Shown: one piece after another, positions 44,041 through 53,154 of the stretch
Numbering within the stretch: position 1 is the first letter of the stretch
How the letters are laid out: the number at the start of each line of letters is the position of its first letter
Source: Paramoeba atlantica
Taxonomy: Eukaryota; Protista; Discosea
DNA: 64,000 nucleotides
Direction of reading: 5' to 3'
Assembly (NCBI GenBank): GCA_977017575.1
Contig: CDRNVI010000012.1
Span: 1-64,000, forward strand
The notes under the pieces: model-generated
The model's database searches: none
Told to the model about the DNA's origin: nothing
What the model saw: the letters and a program-made list of their open reading frames with translations, nothing else
Program-made: the position numbers and the translations under genes

Positions 44041-44913
44041 ATGCCTTCTCAACGCCGCGTTCGAGTTTCTGATGAAACCATCAGTCAAGGTTATCGTCAA
44101 GCGCGTCAAAGCAGCGTACATCGACAAATTTCTCAGTGGGCAGTGGCCCCTGCGACAGCACAAAAGCGTGTGTACTATTTTTCCCGCACAGAACAATTAC
44201 TTGGTGTACACGGGGTACACAATATAACGGAAGAGGACTTCTTGGCGTTGTGCGTCAGCCTGTCACGCTTCTATCGGGGATCCACTTTGGAATCCTACCG
44301 TGCCGCTGTAGTTTGGCGGCAATTAGAAGATCAAAACACCGATCAGTGTTGGTCGCAGACCTCGCGCTTTCGCAGACGCTTCAAAGGCGTCCAAAATATC
44401 TGTCTGCAGCCCAAACCTCGAGGCTCGATCACACTCGCGCAAATGCGGTCTCTGACTAATTACTGTAAAGACCAAGGCGAACTCGCATATGGTCAAGGCT
44501 TCGCCGTCGCGTATTTCGGACTTCTGCGTCACAGCGAATTAGTGAATCTCGAAAAGACAGATATTGAAGCGAATTCCTCTGACGCATTGATTAAGATTCG
44601 TGGAGGAAAAGGACGTCAACATTATATTGTCGACACTGTCGTAGCCCCAGAAGTATGTCATCTGTTGATGTACCTAAAATCATCATCATCCCATCTGGCC
44701 TTATTTCCTAATTGGGACAAAGTGAAAGCAAACAGAATCATATCACATGTTGCGAACCTTTTGCAGTGGAACTCACATCAAACTTGGTCCTTCCACTGTC
44801 TCCGACATGGATGCGCTGGTCATTTAACTCGCGAAGGAACAGACCTTACGACACGCCTCCGGCGAGGGCGTTGGATGTCAGAGTTCACAGCTACTCACTA
44901 TTCTATGGAATAG
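44041..44913 (+). CDS. Tyrosine recombinase
   Basis: AYFGLLRHSEL (R), IRGGKG (K), SFHCLRHG (HxxR), RGRWMS (W), ATHY (Y nucleophile). Confidence 0.93.
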   Translation: MPSQRRVRVSDETISQGYRQARQSSVHRQISQWAVAPATAQKRVYYFSRTEQLLGVHGVHNITEEDFLALCVSLSRFYRGSTLESYRAAVVWRQLEDQNTDQCWSQTSRFRRRFKGVQNICLQPKPRGSITLAQMRSLTNYCKDQGELAYGQGFAVAYFGLLRHSELVNLEKTDIEANSSDALIKIRGGKGRQHYIVDTVVAPEVCHLLMYLKSSSSHLALFPNWDKVKANRIISHVANLLQWNSHQTWSFHCLRHGCAGHLTREGTDLTTRLRRGRWMSEFTATHYSME

Positions 44914-45272
44914 TCCTACAATTAGATTTTAAGCTTTTGATAAACCGGCAAACTCCAAGAAGTTCCTTGCTACTTTTAGTATTACAATGTACACAAAAAT
45001 TTTCTACGTAACCGGATCGATGGGCTATGCGACCACGTACCACTAACCGCTTGTTAATTGCTTTATTTTGTAATCCAAGAGATCTGTGGAGCAACAATGA
45101 ATAAAATTAAAATATTCGATGCAGTTACTGCACGTCTCCACTGTTCTACACATCGTGTACATACTACTCCATTAGTTTAAGATGAGGAGCGTTCTACGAA
45201 CGCCTACGACGAATTGTGCCACATCTTCCATACGTATGAACACATTTCATATTTCAAAATCTATATAAAGGA

Positions 45273-47015
45273 ATGATTGCGCACTCCTTCATCGACGCTG
45301 ATTTAAGCGGAGGTGTTTATCACAATGAAGAAATCACGGCTTGGCGTGGTCGAGGTTCATTTGCGAATGATCGGGCTCCTCTTTGTCCACTTCAAAACGT
45401 CGGGGGAATAAAAATAATGAGTTCCGACTTCGCTCGTATTCCCTTTGTATGCCAGGCACTGAAGTTACTTGGCACCTCCCCTCTCCCTCCAGACATTCAG
45501 AAAGAATGTATGTCCGATACACCGAATTCACAATCCTATAGGCACCATTTGGACACTTTATGTGATAGCAAAGTGTTAGTGCCTACGACACCACAAAATG
45601 TCACAGGAGTCGGCAAGTATATGGCAGTTTTGAAGGACGAAAAGTTCGCCCGTGCAATTTTCGATTTGAGATGGACTAACGAACGCACTATTCTTACAGA
45701 AATTTCATTTAAAATTCCGAGCACTGCGGAACTTATACAAGCATTAGTGGATTTGGGGGATTGCACGAAAAAGCGTTTCCGCTTTCTTCATGGGGACATC
45801 AAAAATTGGTATTACCAAATTCCTATTACCCCTGAACTTGGGAGCGCATGTTGCATCAGGCAAGGCTCCTCATATCTCCGACCTACGGTGCTACCTATGG
45901 GGTATAAGCTCGCATGCGGTATCGCTCAGAGCATCATGTGGGGAATATTGACCTATCGTGACCATAATCCAACAGAACTTGATGGTTTAGAAAGCGTGCT
46001 TACCGATACCAGAGCTCCAGGGATCGTACTGCTCCATGAAGGAGGTTTCATTGCCCTTATGTACGATTCATTTTTGATCGTCAGCACAGAAAGTACACTG
46101 AAAAGATGGCACGTCAATCTAAAATACAACTTTCGTAAATTCAATGTAGTCGCAAAATACATGACCATGGAGAAGAACACGTGTCAGTTCACGTATTGTG
46201 GTATAAGGATTATCCAAAAAGAGGGGCATGTATCGTGGATGGCTGACCCGGCTGTTGCTGAAACCTGGTCCAACGCTTTGAAGAACTTAGTAGAAATAAC
46301 TCCGCGTATTTTATTTCAGTTCTGCGGGTACGTGCGACACGTTTCTGCCATTCTTGGTATACCTCCTCGCGAATTGGGTAGGCTCACCAAGTATCAAAGC
46401 GAACTTGGTCTGGTGGATGACTGGGATGCAAGGCTGTTATCGGGTTGTGCGAGAGATGTAACTATTGAGACCTCTTTTCGAGTTATCCGGGAAAACTCTC
46501 ATCCACACAATTGGAAAATGTATCGCCGTTACATTAAGGGCAAGAGAATATTTTATGCTGTCGTGGACGCCACAACTACCAGGTTGGCCGTGTGGCCAAT
46601 GTCCGATTCTAAGCCAGTAAATAGTCAAATAGTCGAGCAAACTTGTCAAATGGAGATAGTTCTGGCCGAGGCAACTGCTATATCAGAAGCTATCCGAATG
46701 GCGATAAAGCGGGGATTTTCCAACATTATTATAGGTAGCGACAACACGGCAGCCGCTCGCTCCTTTTCTAAAGGTTTTTCTCAGGTAGAATCTCTGGATA
46801 AAATAGTCAAAGTGTACAAGGACTTTCATGGAAGAATAATCATGTGCGACATTCCAAGTGAAGAAAATTTAGCCGATGTTGGAACTCGTCCAAACAAAAA
46901 GTACACAGACGAGGAGTACTGTTTTAGGTGCGAAAAATCCTGGGAGCGATTGATCAATGCTTTACACGTGTACGAGCAGCAAGGAGCGACTTTTGTAAGC
47001 AGAATTTTGCCTTAG
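45273..47015 (+). CDS. Reverse transcriptase - RNase H (DIRS/VIPER type)
   Basis: RAIFDLRWTN, HGDIKNWYYQIP, VLPMG, IALMYDSFLIV (motif C). RNase H: VVDATT, LAEATA, GSDNTAA, SEENLADVGTR. Confidence 0.9.
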   Translation: MIAHSFIDADLSGGVYHNEEITAWRGRGSFANDRAPLCPLQNVGGIKIMSSDFARIPFVCQALKLLGTSPLPPDIQKECMSDTPNSQSYRHHLDTLCDSKVLVPTTPQNVTGVGKYMAVLKDEKFARAIFDLRWTNERTILTEISFKIPSTAELIQALVDLGDCTKKRFRFLHGDIKNWYYQIPITPELGSACCIRQGSSYLRPTVLPMGYKLACGIAQSIMWGILTYRDHNPTELDGLESVLTDTRAPGIVLLHEGGFIALMYDSFLIVSTESTLKRWHVNLKYNFRKFNVVAKYMTMEKNTCQFTYCGIRIIQKEGHVSWMADPAVAETWSNALKNLVEITPRILFQFCGYVRHVSAILGIPPRELGRLTKYQSELGLVDDWDARLLSGCARDVTIETSFRVIRENSHPHNWKMYRRYIKGKRIFYAVVDATTTRLAVWPMSDSKPVNSQIVEQTCQMEIVLAEATAISEAIRMAIKRGFSNIIIGSDNTAAARSFSKGFSQVESLDKIVKVYKDFHGRIIMCDIPSEENLADVGTRPNKKYTDEEYCFRCEKSWERLINALHVYEQQGATFVSRILP

Positions 47016-47289
47016 ACACATTAGATATCTAGTAGAAAGGAAAATTACGTCAGCGACGCAGACTACGTTGCATGTACACACTACATGTACTATTATACAC
47101 TAACTTTTGTTCTGGTATGTCACTCCACCTTTCGTAAAAAGGTCATGCGTCAAGGTAAAATGGTTTTCTACTAGCATGTCACCTTGAATATCTTTCTTTT
47201 CTTCTTTCCATTTTTCACTTCAACTTTACTTTCTTTTTACAGCATCATTTATTAATTCATGAAAAAGCGGCGTTCGTGCTTGATCAGGA

Positions 47290-47478
47290 ACCCTCCCAGT
47301 GGGATTGGCACATAGTAGGCTCACTACATAGTGTACAGTGTCACTGGTGAAGCGCCCTAGGAGAGCCTTGCGTCCCCGTACCCGGAATCAGACGGGAGCC
47401 GGAGTGGTACTTGTGGCGTCTGCACGTGGGGATTGCAGGCGCTCCTGTACCAAACAAACAAACAAACAACAACAACAA
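47290..47478 (+). other. GC-rich structured segment ending in (CAAA)4(CAA)4; possible SINE-like/ncRNA or retroelement 3' end
   Basis: Stems 47296-47301/47342-47347, 47416-47424/47434-47442 and 47406-47410/47447-47451; simple-repeat tail at 47451-47478. Confidence 0.4.
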
Positions 47479-47638
47479 TTTTCATATTCCAAAATATAAC
47501 TAACCGAATGGTCCCTAAAGAGTGTGAAAGGTCTGTATTACGATTTCTAATAAGTGGAGCTATACAAAATAATATACCGTGCATGTATTTTTATTTAGCG
47601 CGTTTTACCGATTACTTCTCTTATTTGCTGCAAGTTAT

Positions 47639-48157
47639 ATGTCAGCCATTGCAAATTGTCTCTTTGATATCGTTGCTACCGATTACGCGGGAAAGACATT
47701 TCCCTTTTCTCAATTTCGTGGTCAAGTCACATTAATTGTAAACGTTGCCTCACGGTGTGGCCTCACAAAGGGAACCTACCCCATTCTGCAAGAACTGCAG
47801 GATAAGTATCATGCTAGAGGTTTCACAGTGATCGGGGCTCCGTGCAATCAATTCGCTTGGCAAGAGCCCGGAGACTCTTGTACAATTCGTGACTGGGCAA
47901 AGGACAATTACAAAGTTACTTTTCCCATGCTGGAGAAGCTAGACGTCAAAGGCTCTAAGCAACACCCATTATATCGTTTTCTTACTACATCAAACCCGGA
48001 GTTCGAGGGTTTTGTGGGATGGAACTTTGCAAAATTTCTGTGCGATCGCAACGGACGAGTAGTTGCTCGATTCACACCGTTTACCCAGAATGCTGAAGAA
48101 ATTGGTGCTATTATTGAAAAATATTTGCCCCCGAAGGATTCGGCGCATAGTTCCTAA
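47639..48157 (+). CDS. GPX: Cys-type glutathione-peroxidase-family peroxidase (tryparedoxin peroxidase type II-like)
   Basis: IVNVASRCG, PCNQFAWQEPG, WNFAKFL; first ATG at 47639. Confidence 0.95.
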   Translation: MSAIANCLFDIVATDYAGKTFPFSQFRGQVTLIVNVASRCGLTKGTYPILQELQDKYHARGFTVIGAPCNQFAWQEPGDSCTIRDWAKDNYKVTFPMLEKLDVKGSKQHPLYRFLTTSNPEFEGFVGWNFAKFLCDRNGRVVARFTPFTQNAEEIGAIIEKYLPPKDSAHSS

Positions 48158-49099
48158 GCCAGTTTCTTTCTGAGATTTTGAAATTTAATGTACAGTGTGA
48201 GTTGAGTGAGAGAGCTTAATATTCAAAGGATATTCAAAATCATTAAAAAAACGAATAGTGAATTCAATAAACGCTTTCAAAGAATTTTCGAACTTTCGCA
48301 ACATAGATAAAGAGGCCTTGTAGGTGGGTCCAGATTAGGGATGCTTTTGTGATCTTCAATAATAGAATACTTTCCTTCAGGAGTGCTTTCCATATTTTCA
48401 GCTCTCTGATTCCGACTTGTACAAACAAGCAAACCCATACAAGTTGTATGCATACAACTTTGTTACCTCTTTTGTGAATAAAATATTTGAATTTTTATCG
48501 CTCTTTAACTTGCTGTACCCCCTCCACTTCAGAGTCCGGAAAATTCTGACCCCCCCACTTAAGAGTACAAATGCCCAAAAACGGCGGACTTTTAAGTAGA
48601 GTTGGTACAGTAATTATTTATCTCAAATTATTAAGTCATTTGAGACCCTTTAAACTATTGAAATTGCCTAGATATTGTTTTCCTTTTTGAGTCGCTTTGT
48701 TAAACGCGGGGGCTGTTTTTGACGTACTGCTGCTGCGCATTCGCGTTGAAAACTACCTCGGCGTTGAACTCCGTTTACCTCCGCAATCTAAACAATACAT
48801 TATATATTTACAATACATTGTATATTTTGAACAACTACTATGTAGCCAAAATTGTTACTACTTTGTAGCCCAACTTGTGGAGTGTGAGAAAGGCCACTCA
48901 TGAACGACATGTGTTGCTCAGAATGGTCAGTGGTAGTGCCCCCGTTTGAAAAGTGTGCAAACTTCGTTCAATCTGACCTTGATTTCGTTCACGTATTTTG
49001 ATTATTTCTTGGGGATTCATCGCTATTAAGATGAGGCTTGAGAATATGATGATCTCTATTTTTACCGACCTTAATGCCGTCAAATGAATCGCCTCTCTA

Positions 49100-50851
49100 A
49101 TGTTCCTCCGTAAAAAATGGGTATCTTTTAGCTTGGGAAGACCTGCCAATCGAAAACCATTAAATCTTCATTGGTCTGCAATTAAGTGTTTCGCTACTTG
49201 TTTTCGATTCTCCACGGTATGCCTGGGCTCAAAACAGCTTCAAAGTTCTCATTCAGACTGCGATCAAGTTCGGGAATACGAGAGTTCTTTAACTTCTGAG
49301 ATATATACCACTGGGACTACCAATGCCTCCTTTGCGAAGCTCGATGACATTACTTCAATCGAAAAGATGAACACGGATCAGGATGCTCTGTTGGATGTTG
49401 AGGACGAGGAATCCTGGCGCAACAAGCTCATGTTTAAATACGAGTTCACGAAGACCCCTCGACACCTTACGTGGGCGCAACTCGGTCATGAGGTCGAATG
49501 CTTGGAGATGAAAATAGATCTTGACAAGCACCGCCCGGAGGAAATCTACCGAGTCTCGTTTTGGTATCTAAATCGTCGGCAACGTACGCGCACTCTGATC
49601 TTCCACGCGGATAACGACGCCTCCGAGAGCGAAGGTCTCACGGACTTGCTTGCCGCGATTGGGACCTGTCTGAGCCGCCCGGAAGTTCACCGCACCATTC
49701 GCTTTGACAACGGAAAAGGGGAGTACCGCGAACTGAACCTCCGCAAAACCTCTCGATACACCTCAGACGTGACCTTGGCATTCCGTCCGGAGGTGCGATA
49801 CAACATGTATGAACGAGCACAGCGAGCACTCGAGGCCCAAGTCATCGCTCAGCAAATTACCGCCAGCCGACGAGAACCATGGAGTGGAGCCTCACAACAA
49901 CCCCCTCTCCCAAACACTCCTCCCGCACTATCACCCCCCGCTACCCCATCCCCAACCCCACTCCGGGACTCCTCTTCTTCCCCGTCTCCCCCCTCCCCTC
50001 CATCCCCCACCCCCACTCACCACCGCCACGACCTCTGCGGTACAACGGAGCCCCCCGTCCCCCCCGCACGCCCCCCCGGCGTGTTCGGAGACGCCATGGT
50101 CTGGGGCTTCCACCCCGCTCTGATGGACCCGGAGTACCGCGACCCCCCCGACCCCCCGGGGACGTACCACCTTACGCTCTCCTCCCACGCCCTGTGCTGC
50201 GTCGTGAACCGCGCCCTCGAACGTCTCCTGGTGCGACCGCTGGGCGAGTTCTACCGCCCCAGCCGGGTGACCGCCAACGCGGTGGTCTCGGAAGGGGAGG
50301 ATGTGGGGCTCTCCCACGCGGTGCGGGGGTGGTTGGGGGCGGAGGGTCGGAGGTTTCCGCATTATACCCCCCTGGAGGCGGTGCAGTCGCACTGGTTGGG
50401 TCCGGAGGCGCCGTTTCATTTAACGGCGATTATATGTCGGTTACGGAGCCTGGGGAATCTTACGCGGAAGAATCCGGAGTTGCTGTCGTGGTGGTCGGTG
50501 AGGATGCGTGATAGTGCGATGGCGTTGCGGAATTTGAGGGCGAAGATGCTGGGTGCGGGACCCTCCACATTGTTTCTCCCCGCCTCGTTTTATCCCACGA
50601 TTAACCAAATGCTGCCTCGTGAGCAGCGTAAGAGGTTTAAGACGCATGTTTCGCTTGCTGGTCTCTTAGGGTACAACGATGAGACCAAGAATCTTAGTCT
50701 TGGTTCTAAGCTGGATTGCCCAACGGCTTTACTTTCGTCCGAATTGAAGACAGAAAAGAACGTAAAAAGGAAAACTAAATCCAAAGAAAGGAGAACAAAC
50801 GTGACAAAGCGTACGAGGCATTCGAAAAAGAAACTTGTGAAAAGAGGATAA
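49100..50851 (+). CDS. Hypothetical protein (Pro-rich linker, basic C-terminus, possible mitochondrial presequence)
   Basis: 583-aa ORF; family not recognised. Confidence 0.7.
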   Translation: MFLRKKWVSFSLGRPANRKPLNLHWSAIKCFATCFRFSTVCLGSKQLQSSHSDCDQVREYESSLTSEIYTTGTTNASFAKLDDITSIEKMNTDQDALLDVEDEESWRNKLMFKYEFTKTPRHLTWAQLGHEVECLEMKIDLDKHRPEEIYRVSFWYLNRRQRTRTLIFHADNDASESEGLTDLLAAIGTCLSRPEVHRTIRFDNGKGEYRELNLRKTSRYTSDVTLAFRPEVRYNMYERAQRALEAQVIAQQITASRREPWSGASQQPPLPNTPPALSPPATPSPTPLRDSSSSPSPPSPPSPTPTHHRHDLCGTTEPPVPPARPPGVFGDAMVWGFHPALMDPEYRDPPDPPGTYHLTLSSHALCCVVNRALERLLVRPLGEFYRPSRVTANAVVSEGEDVGLSHAVRGWLGAEGRRFPHYTPLEAVQSHWLGPEAPFHLTAIICRLRSLGNLTRKNPELLSWWSVRMRDSAMALRNLRAKMLGAGPSTLFLPASFYPTINQMLPREQRKRFKTHVSLAGLLGYNDETKNLSLGSKLDCPTALLSSELKTEKNVKRKTKSKERRTNVTKRTRHSKKKLVKRG

Positions 50852-51011
50852 TTTTAGTTATCTTTAATTCTTTTGGCAATTCTAATACATGTTCGACGAT
50901 GTACTTTAGCCGAGTTTCTCACAACTTTGTTACCTCACTAAAACCTACAACTTTTTTGCACTTTAATACACTTCCCCTTTCCTTTTTTTTGCTTCATTAA
51001 CTCCATTCCCC

Positions 51012-51779
51012 ATGACCGAGGCCTTCCACAAAGCCTACCAGAGCCTACAATCCGCCAAAACCGCATACGATACCCAACTCTACCCCGAGAGTCTGCAACA
51101 CCTTCAGCACGCCCGGGTAGAGTTCCTCACCTTTCCTTCCTACTTTTCCCCCGACGCCACACACGACACCGCGTTGCAGGAAACCCTCCTGGTCCGCGAG
51201 GCCATGGAGTACGTCTGCCTGTGTCACGCACGCACGGGGGACGTCCAGGGGTTTACACAGGGCTACCTGCAGCTCACCTCGTACTATACGGATTTTCCGG
51301 GGACCTCCGCCTACCCCTCCGCCCGGGAGCATCTCCTCCATGGGCTCTATCTCACGGCGCTGCTGGTGGGTCGGGACGCGGTGGCGTTTCACACCGCGCT
51401 GGAGTCTCTCCCTCGCGCGGGGTTGGCCACCCCGTACGTGCAGCCGATTATCGAGCTCGAGCGTTTCCTCGCGGAGGGGAGCTACAATAAGCTGCGGCTC
51501 GCCCAGCACGTCGTGCCGACCTCCGATTATGAGCCCTTCCTGCACATGTTGTGTGAGGCCGCGGCTCGGGAGGTGGAGGGGTATCTTCGAGAGGCGTGGA
51601 GAGGGGGATGCAAGGGGGATGGGCTCCCGGCGTCGGGTACGGATAAGGAGGGGGTGTCCGCGGAGGCGCAAGAAAACGGGGAGAGCTTGCCAAAGAAAGT
51701 GTTGAGCGGAGAGATTAATTTTGTGCAAATGGGGCGGGACTATCTTAAAGTTGCTCATGAATTACAAAAAATTGTCTGA
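51012..51779 (+). CDS. RPN12: 26S proteasome regulatory subunit RPN12
   Basis: REAMEY, LLHGLYLTALL, FHTALE, PYVQPIIELERFLAEGSYNKL and terminal YLKVAHELQKIV. Confidence 0.9.
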   Translation: MTEAFHKAYQSLQSAKTAYDTQLYPESLQHLQHARVEFLTFPSYFSPDATHDTALQETLLVREAMEYVCLCHARTGDVQGFTQGYLQLTSYYTDFPGTSAYPSAREHLLHGLYLTALLVGRDAVAFHTALESLPRAGLATPYVQPIIELERFLAEGSYNKLRLAQHVVPTSDYEPFLHMLCEAAAREVEGYLREAWRGGCKGDGLPASGTDKEGVSAEAQENGESLPKKVLSGEINFVQMGRDYLKVAHELQKIV

Positions 51780-52071
51780 TCTTGTTTTTAGGGTTAGGGT
51801 GAGGTATTATGTGGAATGACGGATCAACAAAACTTCCGCGAAAAACACGTTGTACTTTTCGTCGTACCTTAGATCATTCATCCTATTTTGTATGGTCTTT
51901 TCTTTTGCGTATCTGTGCAAGTCTCTTTGCTCATGTCACAATTACTGTATAAGAAGACATTTTATCGTAAATATGTGCAATTCATTATGTGTTTCAGAAC
52001 TTAACCTTTGATTGGGTTGCGTGACGCAAAAGCGTGTTATCCCTTATTGGTGTGAGTAAGAAGCCCTCAAA

Positions 52072-52803
52072 ATGCTTAATAAATTCACAGATGAAGAAAT
52101 AAGTACAATGGCATACGATGTAAGTCCGTGGTATGTATCTCTAGAAGATTGCATCCTACATTCGTGGAATGTTAAAGCAATGGACAATTTATTCTGCTGG
52201 GCTAAATACGACGGAAATTTAACTGCCCTTCTTGAGCAATCAATGGGGTCATCTTGCTACCACTTTGTACTACGACACGAAATTTTAACTTCTGAGTTTT
52301 TTATTCGCCACATATCTCACACAAGAAGGAAAAACAACCAGGGGAATGATACATTCCAAGACGTCGTTCCCGGGTGGGTAGTTGTACCTCGCTCCTTTTA
52401 CGACAGTTACAAAGGCAGCTTACTACGTACATTGGGATCACGACCTATTGGTCAAACTATTTTATACGGCACTCATCCTGATGGGAGTCCAAAATCTAAC
52501 TTGTTGAGCACAAAATACGCTTGTCTATCTTGTGACTCGATACTTCGTAGGCGAGAGTTTCATCTAAATTACTTCGAAGAATTGTCAATGCAAGAAGAAC
52601 AGATTTCCCCTAGGCAACGAGTACGTGATACTGCTACAGGCAGTATGGCGGAGACACGTACACAAGTACCTAATCAAGAATTTTCACACTGTACCGACCC
52701 ACCGCAAATCGTGATTATTGAATATTTCTTAGGAGCACATTTGCCCACTTTTCCTATCTCTGAATCATTACACCCGGGTTGCCGCGTACCCTCTCAAGTA
52801 TGA
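52072..52803 (+). CDS. Chorismate pyruvate-lyase (UbiC/DUF98)-like protein
   Basis: DGNLTALLE, RPIGQTIL, RRREF and terminal IIIEYF follow the order of the conserved motifs of the UbiC/Rv2949c/DUF98 family as I recall them. Confidence 0.5.
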   Translation: MLNKFTDEEISTMAYDVSPWYVSLEDCILHSWNVKAMDNLFCWAKYDGNLTALLEQSMGSSCYHFVLRHEILTSEFFIRHISHTRRKNNQGNDTFQDVVPGWVVVPRSFYDSYKGSLLRTLGSRPIGQTILYGTHPDGSPKSNLLSTKYACLSCDSILRRREFHLNYFEELSMQEEQISPRQRVRDTATGSMAETRTQVPNQEFSHCTDPPQIVIIEYFLGAHLPTFPISESLHPGCRVPSQV

Positions 52804-53154
52804 ACAATATTCGAGGATGCTTCGATAATTCTTTCAACACCACACAAACCATCTCAGAAGAATCCCCAACAATTATTTTTATCCGTTTCTGACTTTTTTG
52901 GCAGGATTAGTGAGATCTCGTTTCCCTAACGAAGAGTTTTTGTTGCCGTCTATCGTTCATAGCGACCCCCTGGTGCTCCGGTGGTCATGCGGAAAAAACT
53001 AAAAATTATGTCCCATACACCAAGAAAAAGCTGTGCGGACATCTCACATAATACAACTTTTTGACATCCCCTTGCTCTATATATGATATAGAAATGCTCT
53101 CTATATCTGATATATCTTATATCAGGATATAATACCCTGATGAAGCAAGGGTCT

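Larger units (their letters stand above)
42408..47015 (+). mobile_element. VIPER-like tyrosine-recombinase retrotransposon (gag - YR - RT/RNaseH); termini not defined
   Basis: Three consecutive uninterrupted ORFs in the gag-YR-RT/RH order known for kinetoplastid VIPER elements. Confidence 0.88.

Noticed and set aside
42000-47300. LTRs, ITRs or split direct repeats immediately flanking the YR element
   Set aside because: Only 8-bp matches (e.g. TGATCAGG) were found by eye between the two flanks; termini are left undefined.
47360-47451. HDV-like ribozyme (as in L1Tc/ingi 5' ends)
   Set aside because: Crossing stems exist, but no P1.1, P4 or catalytic J4/2 could be assigned.
47639-48157. Selenocysteine GPx
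   Set aside because: The active-site codon is Cys (NVASRCG) with no in-frame TGA.
51788-51799. TTAGGGTTAGGG telomeric repeat
   Set aside because: Only two units; compatible with chance.
53069-53151. Hammerhead ribozyme or C/D snoRNA suggested by CTGATGA, GAAA and a terminal CCCTTGCT/AGCAAGGG stem
   Set aside because: Stem II is not adjacent to GAAA, stem III cannot form, and there is no properly placed box D.
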